Shown: in pieces, positions 8,232 to 17,293 of the stretch
How positions within the stretch are numbered: position 1 is the first letter of the stretch
How the letters are laid out: every line of letters starts with the position of its first letter
DNA from: an uncultured Acidobacteriota bacterium
GTDB lineage: Bacteria; Acidobacteriota; HRBIN11; JAKEFK01
Assembly (NCBI GenBank): GCA_964504105.1
Contig: CAZDDB010000005.1
Span: 1 to 33,951, forward strand
Length of the DNA stretch: 33,951 nt
Reading direction: 5' to 3'
Made by a program: the position numbers and the translations under genes
Notes under the pieces: model-generated
Databases searched by the model: none
Told to the model about the DNA's origin: nothing
The model's input: the letters and a program-made list of their open reading frames with translations, nothing else

Positions 8232-9193
8232 AAATGATCGTTACCGGCGCGGCGGGGTTTATCGGCTCCCATCTTTGCGAAGCATTGATTGAGAAGGGCC
8301 ATGAGGTAACTGGAATCGACTGCTTTCTGGATTACTATCCGCGAAGAATCAAAGAAAGCAATCTGGAAAGGCTTCGTAGCTCAGAGCGGTTTCATTTTCT
8401 GGAACAGAACCTCCTCGATGTTCGGTGGCCCCAATTGCTGGAAGGCGCCGGAACCATTTTCCATCTTGCGGCTCAGGCGGGCGTGCGGGCCAGTTGGAGC
8501 AAGAATTTCCTGGTTTACACAAAAAACAATATTGAGGCGACCCAACTCATGCTTGAGGAGTCTAAACAAAGCGGACTCCGGAGATTTGTGTATGCTTCCA
8601 CTTCGTCTGTGTACGGAGATATTGCGGACATCCCCATGCGGGAAGAATCGTTGCTCAAGCCTGTCTCTCCTTATGGAGTTACGAAACTGGCCGCCGAAAG
8701 CCTTTGTTATTTATACTGGAAGAATTTTGGAGTTCCCTGCGTGTCGCTTCGGTATTTTACCGTCTTTGGTCCCAGACAGCGGCCGGATATGGCGTTTTAT
8801 AGATTTTTCCTCGCCTTGCTTCAGGATCGGCCGATCACGATCTTTGAAGACGGCAACCAGACACGCGATTTTACGTTTGTCCAAGATATTGTGGAGGGCA
8901 CGATTCAATCTTCCCAACAAGGAGAAGCAGGAAAGTGTTATAACCTGGGCGGCGGCCACCGGATCAGTGTCCATGACGTGCTGAAAATGATTGGTGAAGT
9001 CACCGGCATCGTTCCGCGTGTTGTGTATGCGGAAAAACAAAAAGGGGACATGAGACACACGTTTGCCTCTACCGAAGCGGCTGCAAGAGATTTTGAATAT
9101 GTACCGCGGACTTCGCTTCGAGAAGGCTTGACAGCACAATACATGTGGCTCAAAGATCTGTATGAAAAAGGATTGGCTCACCAAGTGGATTGA
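8228..9193 (+). CDS. NAD-dependent nucleotide-sugar epimerase/dehydratase
   Basis: TGAAGFIG, HLAAQAGVR, STSSVYG, YGVTK (YxxxK), GPRQRPDMA. Confidence 0.92.
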   Translation: MKMIVTGAAGFIGSHLCEALIEKGHEVTGIDCFLDYYPRRIKESNLERLRSSERFHFLEQNLLDVRWPQLLEGAGTIFHLAAQAGVRASWSKNFLVYTKNNIEATQLMLEESKQSGLRRFVYASTSSVYGDIADIPMREESLLKPVSPYGVTKLAAESLCYLYWKNFGVPCVSLRYFTVFGPRQRPDMAFYRFFLALLQDRPITIFEDGNQTRDFTFVQDIVEGTIQSSQQGEAGKCYNLGGGHRISVHDVLKMIGEVTGIVPRVVYAEKQKGDMRHTFASTEAAARDFEYVPRTSLREGLTAQYMWLKDLYEKGLAHQVD

Positions 9194-9194
9194 C

Positions 9195-9974
9195 ATGAAA
9201 AGCAATACGCGGATCATATGGATGATGTGTTTGCTCTGGATTGCGGCCGGCTGCGGCGGGAAGAATCCGGGACTGGACCCAAAAAAAATCAGTGACGAAA
9301 AACTTTACGGAATCGGGCAACAGAATTTAAAGGATGAGAACTGGGATAAAGCGCGGGAAGCCTTCAAAACCGTGTTTGAAAATTTTCCAAAAAGCGATTA
9401 CAGGATCCTGGCAAAAATCGGATATGCCGATACCTATTATCTCCAGAGCAGCGAGGCGAACTTGATTCTTGCCATCCAGGAATACCAGGATTTCATCAGT
9501 CTGTTTCCGTTCAGTCCCAAGGCAGAATATGCGCAATTTCAGATCGGCATGTGTTACTACCAGATGCGGGAAAAGCCGGACCGGGACCAGACCCAGACAC
9601 GGAAAGCGCTGGATGAATTTCGAAAAGTCGTGGATACCTATCCAAACGGCGAAATGTACCGTCAGGCATATGATTATCTGCTGAAATGCTATTCCCTGCT
9701 GGCAGAACATGAGTATCTCGTAGCGCGATATTATCAGCGTACAGGCAGACACAGGGCTGCGGTCGACCGTCTGAAAGGCATGTTGAAGCTATACCCGGAA
9801 AGTATCTATCAGCCCAAATACTATTTTGACCTCGCCCGCTCGCTGGAAGAACTGGGACAGGTGCAGGAAAGTTGTTCCACATACGGACTGCTTTTGGAAC
9901 GGTGGCCGAACTCCGAGTTCACGCAGGACGCAAAAGAATCCCGGTTGAAAGTCTGCGCAATCGGAGGTCACTAG
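9195..9974 (+). CDS. bamD: Outer membrane protein assembly lipoprotein BamD
   Basis: Lipobox IAAGC, TPR-like helices, DRDQTQT and LAEHEYLVARYY motifs. Start set at ATG 9195, just after the epimerase stop. Confidence 0.88.
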   Translation: MKSNTRIIWMMCLLWIAAGCGGKNPGLDPKKISDEKLYGIGQQNLKDENWDKAREAFKTVFENFPKSDYRILAKIGYADTYYLQSSEANLILAIQEYQDFISLFPFSPKAEYAQFQIGMCYYQMREKPDRDQTQTRKALDEFRKVVDTYPNGEMYRQAYDYLLKCYSLLAEHEYLVARYYQRTGRHRAAVDRLKGMLKLYPESIYQPKYYFDLARSLEELGQVQESCSTYGLLLERWPNSEFTQDAKESRLKVCAIGGH

Positions 9975-9998
9975 GGGCGCAGTCCATTGCGCCCGTGC
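9972..9998 (+). repeat. GTAG-type REP-like hairpin (family B) starting at the bamD stop
   Basis: TAG-GGGCGCA-GTCCAT-TGCGCCC-GTGC. Confidence 0.65.
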
Positions 9999-10027
9999 AG
10001 CGGGATGCGCATTGCTACAAGCGTCGC

Positions 10028-10056
10028 TTGACAAGCGTAATACTTCCTGTGATAGT
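10028..10056 (+). promoter_or_regulatory. Sigma70-type promoter for the LysM gene
   Basis: TTGACA (10028-10033), 17-bp spacer, then GATAGT preceded by TG-T. Confidence 0.55.
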
Positions 10057-10127
10057 GTTGTAGAATGAGACGGGGACTTGTCTCTCAAAAAACCGATAAC
10101 GTACTCTCTAGAACAAGGGGGCAGAAA

Positions 10128-11366
10128 ATGACGAAAGCCTCATTCCAAATTATGTTGAGCCTCATCCTGTGTTTATTCCTCTTCGGCACTGGCCACGTTT
10201 TTGCGCAGACGGAAGAGACGCAAACCTCCACGCAAGAAGAACCGGCGGCAGAGGCGCCGGCCTCGGCCGAACAAACGGCTCCCGCATCGGAAGCACGATC
10301 TTCCGATTTGCCCGCGGCCATCGAGGCAGAAATGACGATAGCAGAACACTGGTCCAAGAACCCGTATCCGCGAACCATCGCGGCCGGAGCACGTGTGCAT
10401 GTTGTGGAGAGGGGAGACACATTGTGGGATCTGGCGCAGCGATATTACAACAACCCGTTTCTGTGGCCGCAGATTTGGGATGCCAACAAGTATATTCCCA
10501 ACGCCCACTGGATTTATCCCGGGGATCCGATTGTGGTTCCGCCTCTGTCCCCGATTACAGAGGAAAAAATGGCTGAAGAGACTTCAGAGCAAGTTCCGCA
10601 GGAACAACCTTCTGAAGGTCAGGGCGGCCCAATGGTATCTGCCCCGGAGAAACGCGCCTTTCCAATCGCGCTCGATCAGGATCTATACTGCAGCGGATTC
10701 ATTACCGGTGGCGCCGGTCAGTGGAGTATGAAAGTCATCGGGAATGAACAAAACTTCGATAAGGTAAGCCTTTCTCTATTTGACATTGTCTACATGAACC
10801 AGGGGGAAGCAGAAGGGATTTCACCCGGAGATGAATTCACGGTCCTCCACAAGATTCGCGGTATCGCTCATCCGGTCACTTTGAAAGATCTGGGCGATTA
10901 CGTTGTGCAGACAGGCAGAGTCAAGGTGGTGGCAACTCAAGAACACACGGCTACCTGTGAAGTTACGTATTCGTGTGATACCTCCTTTGTGGGAGACTTT
11001 GTCATCCCGTTTGAACCGAAAGAAGTCCCGGTTTTCACGGAACTGCCGCCTGTCGACCGTTACAGCCTGGAAGGTCCCAACGCCAAGGGCTTTGTCGTGT
11101 TTACAAAAGACGATCTTGGCACGGTCGCGCAAGGAAACGAAATCCAGGTGGATCTGGGCGCCAAAGATGGAATCGGAGTTGGAACCAGATTGATCCTGTA
11201 CCGGCCGAATACCCGGGGATATGAGAGAACCAGCTTTGAAAAGAGCATTCCGCGGCATGTGCTGGGAGAAATGATTATCTACAGCGTACAGGAAGGCACG
11301 TCGACCGGACGAATCATTCAAATGTACGATTACACCGAGGCCGGCGATCACGTAGAAGTCCGGTAA
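10128..11366 (+). CDS. Secreted LysM peptidoglycan-binding protein with beta-rich C-terminal domains
   Basis: Signal peptide ending HVFA, acidic Ala/Pro linker, LysM HVVERGDTLWDLAQRYYNNPFLWPQIW...WIYPGD. SD AAGGGGG before ATG 10128. Confidence 0.88.
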   Translation: MTKASFQIMLSLILCLFLFGTGHVFAQTEETQTSTQEEPAAEAPASAEQTAPASEARSSDLPAAIEAEMTIAEHWSKNPYPRTIAAGARVHVVERGDTLWDLAQRYYNNPFLWPQIWDANKYIPNAHWIYPGDPIVVPPLSPITEEKMAEETSEQVPQEQPSEGQGGPMVSAPEKRAFPIALDQDLYCSGFITGGAGQWSMKVIGNEQNFDKVSLSLFDIVYMNQGEAEGISPGDEFTVLHKIRGIAHPVTLKDLGDYVVQTGRVKVVATQEHTATCEVTYSCDTSFVGDFVIPFEPKEVPVFTELPPVDRYSLEGPNAKGFVVFTKDDLGTVAQGNEIQVDLGAKDGIGVGTRLILYRPNTRGYERTSFEKSIPRHVLGEMIIYSVQEGTSTGRIIQMYDYTEAGDHVEVR

Positions 11367-11384
11367 GTTTCGCAATGAAAGCAG

Positions 11385-11413
11385 AAGGGCGACCCTTGTG
11401 GTCGCCCTTTTTT
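11385..11413 (+). terminator. Intrinsic terminator formed by a family B REP-like hairpin
   Basis: AAGGGCGACC-CTTGT-GGTCGCCCTT running into a T tract, about 18 nt after the LysM stop. Confidence 0.75.
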
Positions 11414-11473
11414 GCGTCTATCGCGTCGTTGCCTCTGTCGCGTCGTTGCGTCTTTTGCCTCCTAGCGTCGTTG
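11413..11473. repeat. Family D short tandem repeat tract
   Basis: TGCGTCTA-TCGCGTCGT-TGCCTCTG-TCGCGTCGT-TGCGTCTT-TTGCCTCC-TAGCGTCGT, the reverse complement of the units at 4645-4680. Confidence 0.75.
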
Positions 11474-11531
11474 AAATCCCATAGCAGGAAGCGTATGCTA
11501 TCCCCAAGATCGATAAAGCGAGGAATCGGCG

Positions 11532-13535
11532 ATGTCCAAGTATGAAAAGCTGGGCAATTTTCTTCTTTTTGAAAAGTTTGAGGAGGATAAACTTTCAAAA
11601 AGCTTTATTGCCGGCCAGATCGTAAACAACCAGATTCAGCAGATCCAGATCGTCAAGAAATTTAACCATTCGCTGACTGCAGTCCCCGGTTTTGTCGGAA
11701 ACCTGAATCAGGAATATGAGGTCCTGAAGGCGCTGGCCAATCCAAACATTGTCCGGCCCAGCGCGTTTGTGCAGGAAAAATCGGAATTTGCTGCAGTATT
11801 CGAATACGTGGAGGGGAAGAGTCTCCGCGCCGTTCTTTCCAGATGCCATCAGGACGGCTACCCCTTCACGGCCGATCATGCGCTCCTGATCGGTAGCCGT
11901 CTCTGCACGGCGCTTGAATATATTCATTCTAAAAAAGTAAATGATGAACGGCTGGTGCATGGCTTTCTATCGCCGGAGTCTATTCTTGTGACCTATGACG
12001 GCGAAATCAAATTGCAGTACTTGAATCTGGCCCAGGCGCTTCTCAAATCCACAGCGGGGCGTGATCTGTTCTTTCGCGATTACAAGAACTATCTTGCGCC
12101 CGAACTGCTGACCCAGCAGAAGCTGGACAAATCGGTGGACGTATTTGGCGCAGGCCTGGTGTTGTACGAAATGTTGACCGGTGAGGCGTTGTTTGCCAAA
12201 GGCCGGGAAATATCCATTCCCCAGGCGATTGAACATGCCCAGATTTTCTTGAGTTCAGGCGAAAGATCTCCTGTTCCTGATGATTTTAAGAAAATCCTTT
12301 CGCAGTGCTTATCCATGGATCCGGCACATCGTTTCGGAGCTGTTGCTGATGTGCGAAAGGCGCTGGATCAAATGCTCTTTTCCAGTGAATTTGCCCCCAC
12401 TACATTCAACCTGGCGTTCTTCATGCATTCGTTATTCCGTGAAAACATCGAGGAAGAAGGAAAGAACGTAAAGAATTTTAAGAAGATCGATGTCACCAGT
12501 TTCTTGAAAGAAGAGCCGCCTCCGCCACCGAAAGTGGAACATCCTGTCGGCGCCGAAGCCGCCAGGGACATCCCTTTGAATATAGACCGGCAGCCTCAGT
12601 CCGGGTTTTCGGAACCGCAAATTTTCGGCGCAGTCGAACCCAGGGAAAAATCAAAAACGCCGCTGTTTCTTGGAATCTTGATCGGCGTAGCTGTCTTGGC
12701 CGGGATCGGATATTTTGCGCTCAGACCGTCCTCCAAGTCCCCGCAAAACGCAACTGTCCCGGGTACACTCACCCCTGAGCAGCAGAAGTCGCAGGAAACG
12801 GAGCGTCTTCGTTACCAGGAAGAGGCTTCCAAAGCGCAGGAGGAAGCCAAGTCCAAAGACGTACAATTAAAGGAGCTTCAGGCAAAAATGGATGCGCTGC
12901 TAAAGCAGCAGCAGAAGCAACAAAAAGAAGATTCAACCGCTCCAACAGTTGATACGGCAGCGCTGCAGCAATTGCAGGAGCAAGCCAAAAAGTTGGAACA
13001 GGAAAAACGAGAACAGGAAGCGCTGGCTCAAGAGAAGTTGAAGGCGGCGCAGGCCCCGGTCCTTTCACCGGTCCAGCCGGTTTCCGATGCAGGCACCGCG
13101 GACACCAAAACGCAGGTGGCTCAGGCGCCGCCTGTTTCGCAGCCGGCAAACACGCAGGCCGATCCACAGCCGGCCGAATCAAAACCGGAAGCCGCGAATC
13201 CCGAGCCGGAAGCCGCGGGACCTGCAGTCAAGGAAGGGGACACGGTGGATATGACACCTGATGTGGTGAAACCGGAACTTGTCAGCCGCGTAAATCCGGA
13301 TTATCCTTCAGTCGCCCGAGCAAGAAGAATTGAAGGCACTGTAATTTTGAGCGTGCTGATTTCCGAACGCGGCGATGTGGCTGATATCAAAGTGCTTCGC
13401 GGCGCCGGTGGTTCGAGCGGTCTAAATGAGGCCGCCAGTGCGGCCGTGCGTAAATGGAAATTCCGCCCCGCAGTAAAAGAAGGCAAACGCGTCCGTGTCT
13501 GGGTGTCCTATCCCATCGTTTTCAAACTGCAATAA
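11532..13535 (+). CDS. Pseudokinase - TM - coiled coil - Pro-rich linker - TonB C-terminal domain fusion
   Basis: Kinase-fold hallmarks (NPNIV, FEYVEG, YLAPE, DVFGAGLVLYEMLTG) with degenerate catalytic motifs. TM LFLGILIGVAVLAGIGYFAL; TonB_C PDYPSVARARRIEGTVILSVLI...WKFRPA...PIVFKLQ. SD GAGGA. Confidence 0.88.
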   Translation: MSKYEKLGNFLLFEKFEEDKLSKSFIAGQIVNNQIQQIQIVKKFNHSLTAVPGFVGNLNQEYEVLKALANPNIVRPSAFVQEKSEFAAVFEYVEGKSLRAVLSRCHQDGYPFTADHALLIGSRLCTALEYIHSKKVNDERLVHGFLSPESILVTYDGEIKLQYLNLAQALLKSTAGRDLFFRDYKNYLAPELLTQQKLDKSVDVFGAGLVLYEMLTGEALFAKGREISIPQAIEHAQIFLSSGERSPVPDDFKKILSQCLSMDPAHRFGAVADVRKALDQMLFSSEFAPTTFNLAFFMHSLFRENIEEEGKNVKNFKKIDVTSFLKEEPPPPPKVEHPVGAEAARDIPLNIDRQPQSGFSEPQIFGAVEPREKSKTPLFLGILIGVAVLAGIGYFALRPSSKSPQNATVPGTLTPEQQKSQETERLRYQEEASKAQEEAKSKDVQLKELQAKMDALLKQQQKQQKEDSTAPTVDTAALQQLQEQAKKLEQEKREQEALAQEKLKAAQAPVLSPVQPVSDAGTADTKTQVAQAPPVSQPANTQADPQPAESKPEAANPEPEAAGPAVKEGDTVDMTPDVVKPELVSRVNPDYPSVARARRIEGTVILSVLISERGDVADIKVLRGAGGSSGLNEAASAAVRKWKFRPAVKEGKRVRVWVSYPIVFKLQ

Positions 13536-13538
13536 AAG

Positions 13539-13563
13539 CAACCACTCGGTGCCTCCGTGGTTG
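13539..13563. repeat. Collapsed family A hairpin between convergent genes; possible terminator
   Basis: CAACCAC-TCGGTGCCTCC-GTGGTTG; contains the GCCTCCGTGGTT arm. Confidence 0.6.
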
Positions 13564-13564
13564 G

Positions 13565-16500
13565 CTACACGTCGAGTAGGGCTTCTGCTTCTTCAAACTT
13601 TGCAGAGAGAATGCTGGAAACGCCCGGTTCCCCCATCGTCACGCCATAAAGCTGATCCGCAGATTCCATCGTGCGTTTGTTATGGGTCACCACAATAAAC
13701 TGAATCTGCTTCCTCATATCGGAGACAAGCGCCGTAAAACGCTGTACGTTGACTTCATCGAGTGCCGCATCCACTTCGTCCATGACACAGAAAGGGCTGG
13801 CATGATACTGGAAGAGCGACATCAGAAACGCGATCCCGGTAAGAGTCTTTTCCCCACCGCTCATGAGATTCATATTTTGCAGCCGTTTTCCCGGAGGTTG
13901 GACGTGCACTTCGATTCCGCTTTCGTTTGGGTTTTCCGGATCGCTAAGCACCATTTCTCCCCTGCCGCCGTCAAACAACCGCTGAAAAAGATCCTGAAAA
14001 TGCGTCTGCACTCCCGCAAACGCTTCCTGGAACCGTTTGAGTGAAGTGGCATCGATCCGCTGGATGGTGTCCAGCAATGTCTCGATGGACACACGTAAAT
14101 CCTCGTACTGAGCTTTTAAAAACCGGTGACGTTCTTCTAATTGCGTATATTCTTCCAGAGCCAGCATATTGATCGGACCGAGCCGGTCGATCTTGGTTTC
14201 GGTTTCGATGAGTTTGTTTTTTAAATCCTCATCGCCCAACTGGTTCCATTCGGACTCCACCGGCTGCAGGGATTCGAGATCCAGTCCCATTTCTTCGTTC
14301 GCCCTTGCCATCATATCCTCGCGCTGAGTCCGGATCCGAGTGGTTTCAATTTCCACATTCATGCGTTCTTCGCGGACACGGTCCAATTCGCTTCGTGCAG
14401 TCTGCACTTCCGTTTCCTTCGCGCTGATTCGTTGCGAAAGTTCTTCTTTCTGCTTTTCGCTCTCGGTAATGGCAAGCTTCCGGTGATCACGCACGCGGAG
14501 CATCTCGATCTGTTCCGATTCCATCTGTCCGCAAACGATTTCTGTGTCCGCAATCTCCTGATATCTTTGCGCAATTAAGGTGCTGTTTTCCGCGATCATG
14601 TTCCGGACAGTCAGGAGTTGACCCTGGAGTCTTTCGAGTTCCGCCGACAGGGAACGGTGACGTTCTTTTCGTTCCGCGATCTGAACGCGCGATTCCTGAA
14701 CCTGTTCCTGAAGCTCAAAATGGCGTGTTTTTGCGGTGTTCAGATGCTGCTCACATTCGCGAAACAGACGCTCGCTTTCTTCCCGTTTGGCAGTCTGTTC
14801 CTGGAGCTGAGCAGCAAATTGCTCTGAACGCGCGTGCACGGATTCCCGTTCGTCGGCAAGCTGAACCATTTCCTGCGAAAGAATTTCGATCACTTTTTCT
14901 TCGCGGGTCGACTCTTTCTGGATCTGATCGAGTTCCAGTTGCACCAGCATGCGGTCCTTGTTCTTGGACTCGCGTACTTCGTTCAGGCGCACGAGCTCAT
15001 GATTCGAAATGTCCAGCCGGTTTTGGATCGACCGTACCTGATCTTCCAGGAGGCGAAGGTGTTCCTGTACGGTTTCCAGATGGATCGCAAGATCCTTGCG
15101 CTCACGCTGAATGGCAATCAGTCCCGGAACATCGTCCGCTTTTGCGCCGCCCGCATACAGGGCCGGAGAGAGGATGACATCTCCCTGCACCGTAACAAAC
15201 TGATAGTCAGGATACTTCTTGATCAGCAATTGCGCGAATTGAAGATCGCTTACCATGACCGCGGAATTCATAAACGGAGCCACGGCCGGCAGAGCTTCTT
15301 CCTGGATCGTAACGACATCGCGAAGGCTCCCGATTACGCCTTCCTCGCTGCGCAGCTCTTCGGGCAATAACGGTGGGGTGGGATCGTGTCCGTTCTTGAT
15401 CACAAAGCTGCAATATCCGAGCCCTTCCTGCTTCAAGTAATCGATCGAAGCAAGCGCAGAATCTTCCGATTGCACAATCAGGTAGTTCAATTTGTCGGCA
15501 AGAAAATTTTCGACAGCCGTTTCATAACGTGGATCCGTTTCGATGAAATCCATCATCATTCCCATCGCGCGTTGCGAGGGAACAGACAGAAGCGACCGCG
15601 CAGATTCATTGTAAAATTTGGACGAGTGCTGCTGCGCATCCAGCTTCTGCAGAGAGTGCTGCAATTCGGACTGCTTCTTAAACGCAGTCTGCACTTCGAG
15701 CTGCAACCGGTCCCATTCCAGTTTTAGCTCATCGCAGCTTTGCAAAATCCCGGTCTTGGTTTGCTCCAGATACCCCGTCTCTTCAACAATCCGGCTCAAA
15801 ACAGATTGTTTGCCTGCAATCTGTTCGGCAAGCTGGTGCGCATGTTCTCTGCCTGTTTCCATCTCCGCCTCCTTTCGGCGGATGGTTTCGACCAGATGGT
15901 CTTGCTGTGTATGAAGACGTGTTTGCTCATTCTTCAACTGGGAGGCGGCGGAAAGTTGTTCGATAATCTGCTTGCGCAGATCTTCGGCACGCTGTTCCAG
16001 AGAACCGACTTCCCCGGCTTTTTGTTCAAGCGCAGAAAAGAGACCTGTATGTTCCTGGACCAGCGCTTCAAGGCGATTCCTCAACTCTGTTTCTTCCGCG
16101 CTCCGGCCGGCGTAAGATTCCTGGACTTGCGCCTCGGTTTCCGCAAAACGCAGGTTCTCTGCAGTCTTTTCTTCAATGCTGCGGCGCCATTCTTCTATGC
16201 GCTGCCGCTTGAATTGAAGCAGGTTCAGATTCTCCTGGATTCGCATCTCCAGTTGATGGAGATCCGCTTGCTGTTGATACAGACTGCTCTCCAATTCGGT
16301 AAACCGAAGCTTCATCTCGCCGGCAACGAGCTCCTGCTGCTGAAGCAACTGCGTGCACTGTTGTTCTGCGTTGCTGCGATCTGCGAGCAACTCTGTCAGC
16401 CGTTGCTGTTCGGTTTGAATCTGGTGAAATTTCCGTTCAAACAGAATCCGCTGGAGCGTTTGCTTTTCTTCAGTAAGGATCTGGAACCGCCTCGTTCTGG

Positions 16501-17125
16501 CAGCCTGACGCTTCAGACTGGACAACTGTTTTTCCACTTCGTTCAGGATGTCCTGAATGCGTTCGAGCTGAAGCTGGTTCTCTGCCAGTTTCATTTGAGC
16601 GGAACGTTTCTTGTGTTTGAACTCAGCAACGCCGGCAACTTCCTCAATCAGGGCACGGCGTTCCATCGGCTTGGAAAGAAACAGCGCTTCGATTTTTCCC
16701 TGCTCCAGAATGGAATACGCCAGCGGATCAAACCCTTCGTTCAGAAAGAAGGTATGGATGTCCTTGAGACGGCAGACTTCGCCGTTCATTTCGTACTGGC
16801 TATCGCCGGAACGGAAAAGCCGGCGCGCAATTGTCATTTCCGGCGCGGCAGGATTGTTCCGCTCGGTCTTCCATACCAGCGTCACCTGCGCCATGTTCAG
16901 CGGCTTCCGGTTCTTGGAGCCATTAAAAATGACTTCTTCCATCTTGTCGCTGCGCAGTGACTTGGCACTCTGCTCACCGAGCACCCAGTTCATCGCATCC
17001 ACAACGTTGCTTTTGCCGCAGCCGTTGGGACCGACAACTCCCGTAATCCCAGCCGGAATTTTCAGGATGGTTTTTTCACAGAAAGACTTAAATCCGAGGA
17101 TTTCGATACGATCGAGAAATAACAT
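13565..17125 (-). CDS. smc: Chromosome segregation protein SMC
   Basis: GFKSF, Walker A GPNGCGKSN, long coiled coils with hinge, signature MSGGEK, Walker B/D-loop MDEVDAALD. Start set at MLFLDRIEI (17125). Confidence 0.96.
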   Translation of the reverse strand: MLFLDRIEILGFKSFCEKTILKIPAGITGVVGPNGCGKSNVVDAMNWVLGEQSAKSLRSDKMEEVIFNGSKNRKPLNMAQVTLVWKTERNNPAAPEMTIARRLFRSGDSQYEMNGEVCRLKDIHTFFLNEGFDPLAYSILEQGKIEALFLSKPMERRALIEEVAGVAEFKHKKRSAQMKLAENQLQLERIQDILNEVEKQLSSLKRQAARTRRFQILTEEKQTLQRILFERKFHQIQTEQQRLTELLADRSNAEQQCTQLLQQQELVAGEMKLRFTELESSLYQQQADLHQLEMRIQENLNLLQFKRQRIEEWRRSIEEKTAENLRFAETEAQVQESYAGRSAEETELRNRLEALVQEHTGLFSALEQKAGEVGSLEQRAEDLRKQIIEQLSAASQLKNEQTRLHTQQDHLVETIRRKEAEMETGREHAHQLAEQIAGKQSVLSRIVEETGYLEQTKTGILQSCDELKLEWDRLQLEVQTAFKKQSELQHSLQKLDAQQHSSKFYNESARSLLSVPSQRAMGMMMDFIETDPRYETAVENFLADKLNYLIVQSEDSALASIDYLKQEGLGYCSFVIKNGHDPTPPLLPEELRSEEGVIGSLRDVVTIQEEALPAVAPFMNSAVMVSDLQFAQLLIKKYPDYQFVTVQGDVILSPALYAGGAKADDVPGLIAIQRERKDLAIHLETVQEHLRLLEDQVRSIQNRLDISNHELVRLNEVRESKNKDRMLVQLELDQIQKESTREEKVIEILSQEMVQLADERESVHARSEQFAAQLQEQTAKREESERLFRECEQHLNTAKTRHFELQEQVQESRVQIAERKERHRSLSAELERLQGQLLTVRNMIAENSTLIAQRYQEIADTEIVCGQMESEQIEMLRVRDHRKLAITESEKQKEELSQRISAKETEVQTARSELDRVREERMNVEIETTRIRTQREDMMARANEEMGLDLESLQPVESEWNQLGDEDLKNKLIETETKIDRLGPINMLALEEYTQLEERHRFLKAQYEDLRVSIETLLDTIQRIDATSLKRFQEAFAGVQTHFQDLFQRLFDGGRGEMVLSDPENPNESGIEVHVQPPGKRLQNMNLMSGGEKTLTGIAFLMSLFQYHASPFCVMDEVDAALDEVNVQRFTALVSDMRKQIQFIVVTHNKRTMESADQLYGVTMGEPGVSSILSAKFEEAEALLDV

Positions 17126-17169
17126 GCTCAAATACCATATATGCGTAGTCAGTCGTTGAACCGCCACAA

Positions 17170-17178
17170 AGTATAGCA
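17170..17178 (-). promoter_or_regulatory. Extended -10 (TGCTATACT) for smc
   Basis: TGnTATACT about 45 nt upstream of ATG 17125. Confidence 0.55.
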
Positions 17179-17187
17179 GATGTGATT

Positions 17188-17258
17188 TGAAAATGAAAAG
17201 TGGAAAAGTGCAAAGGGAAGGGCGTAGGGGCGAGCGGCGATAGCGGCGATTTGCCGTA
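17188..17258. repeat. Degenerate ~7-nt tandem repeat followed by a GTAGGGGCG REP-like element
   Basis: TGAAAA-TGAAAAG-TGGAAAAG-TGCAAAG, then GTAGGGGCGAGCGGCGATAGCGGCGATTTGCCGTA. Confidence 0.55.
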
Positions 17259-17293
17259 TTGTTCTCTTTTTGAGATAGAGATATAATGTCTTC

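Noticed and set aside
15740-16960. 406-aa plus-strand ORF, and similar long ORFs such as 845-1720, 20760-21662, 22213-23100, 24734-25606 and 29436-30326
   Set aside because: Antisense shadows of well-supported genes, with no recognisable motifs.
13565-17125. SMC as part of a Wadjet/MksBEF defence system
   Set aside because: Canonical full-length SMC with a hinge, and no jet/mks-like partner genes adjacent.
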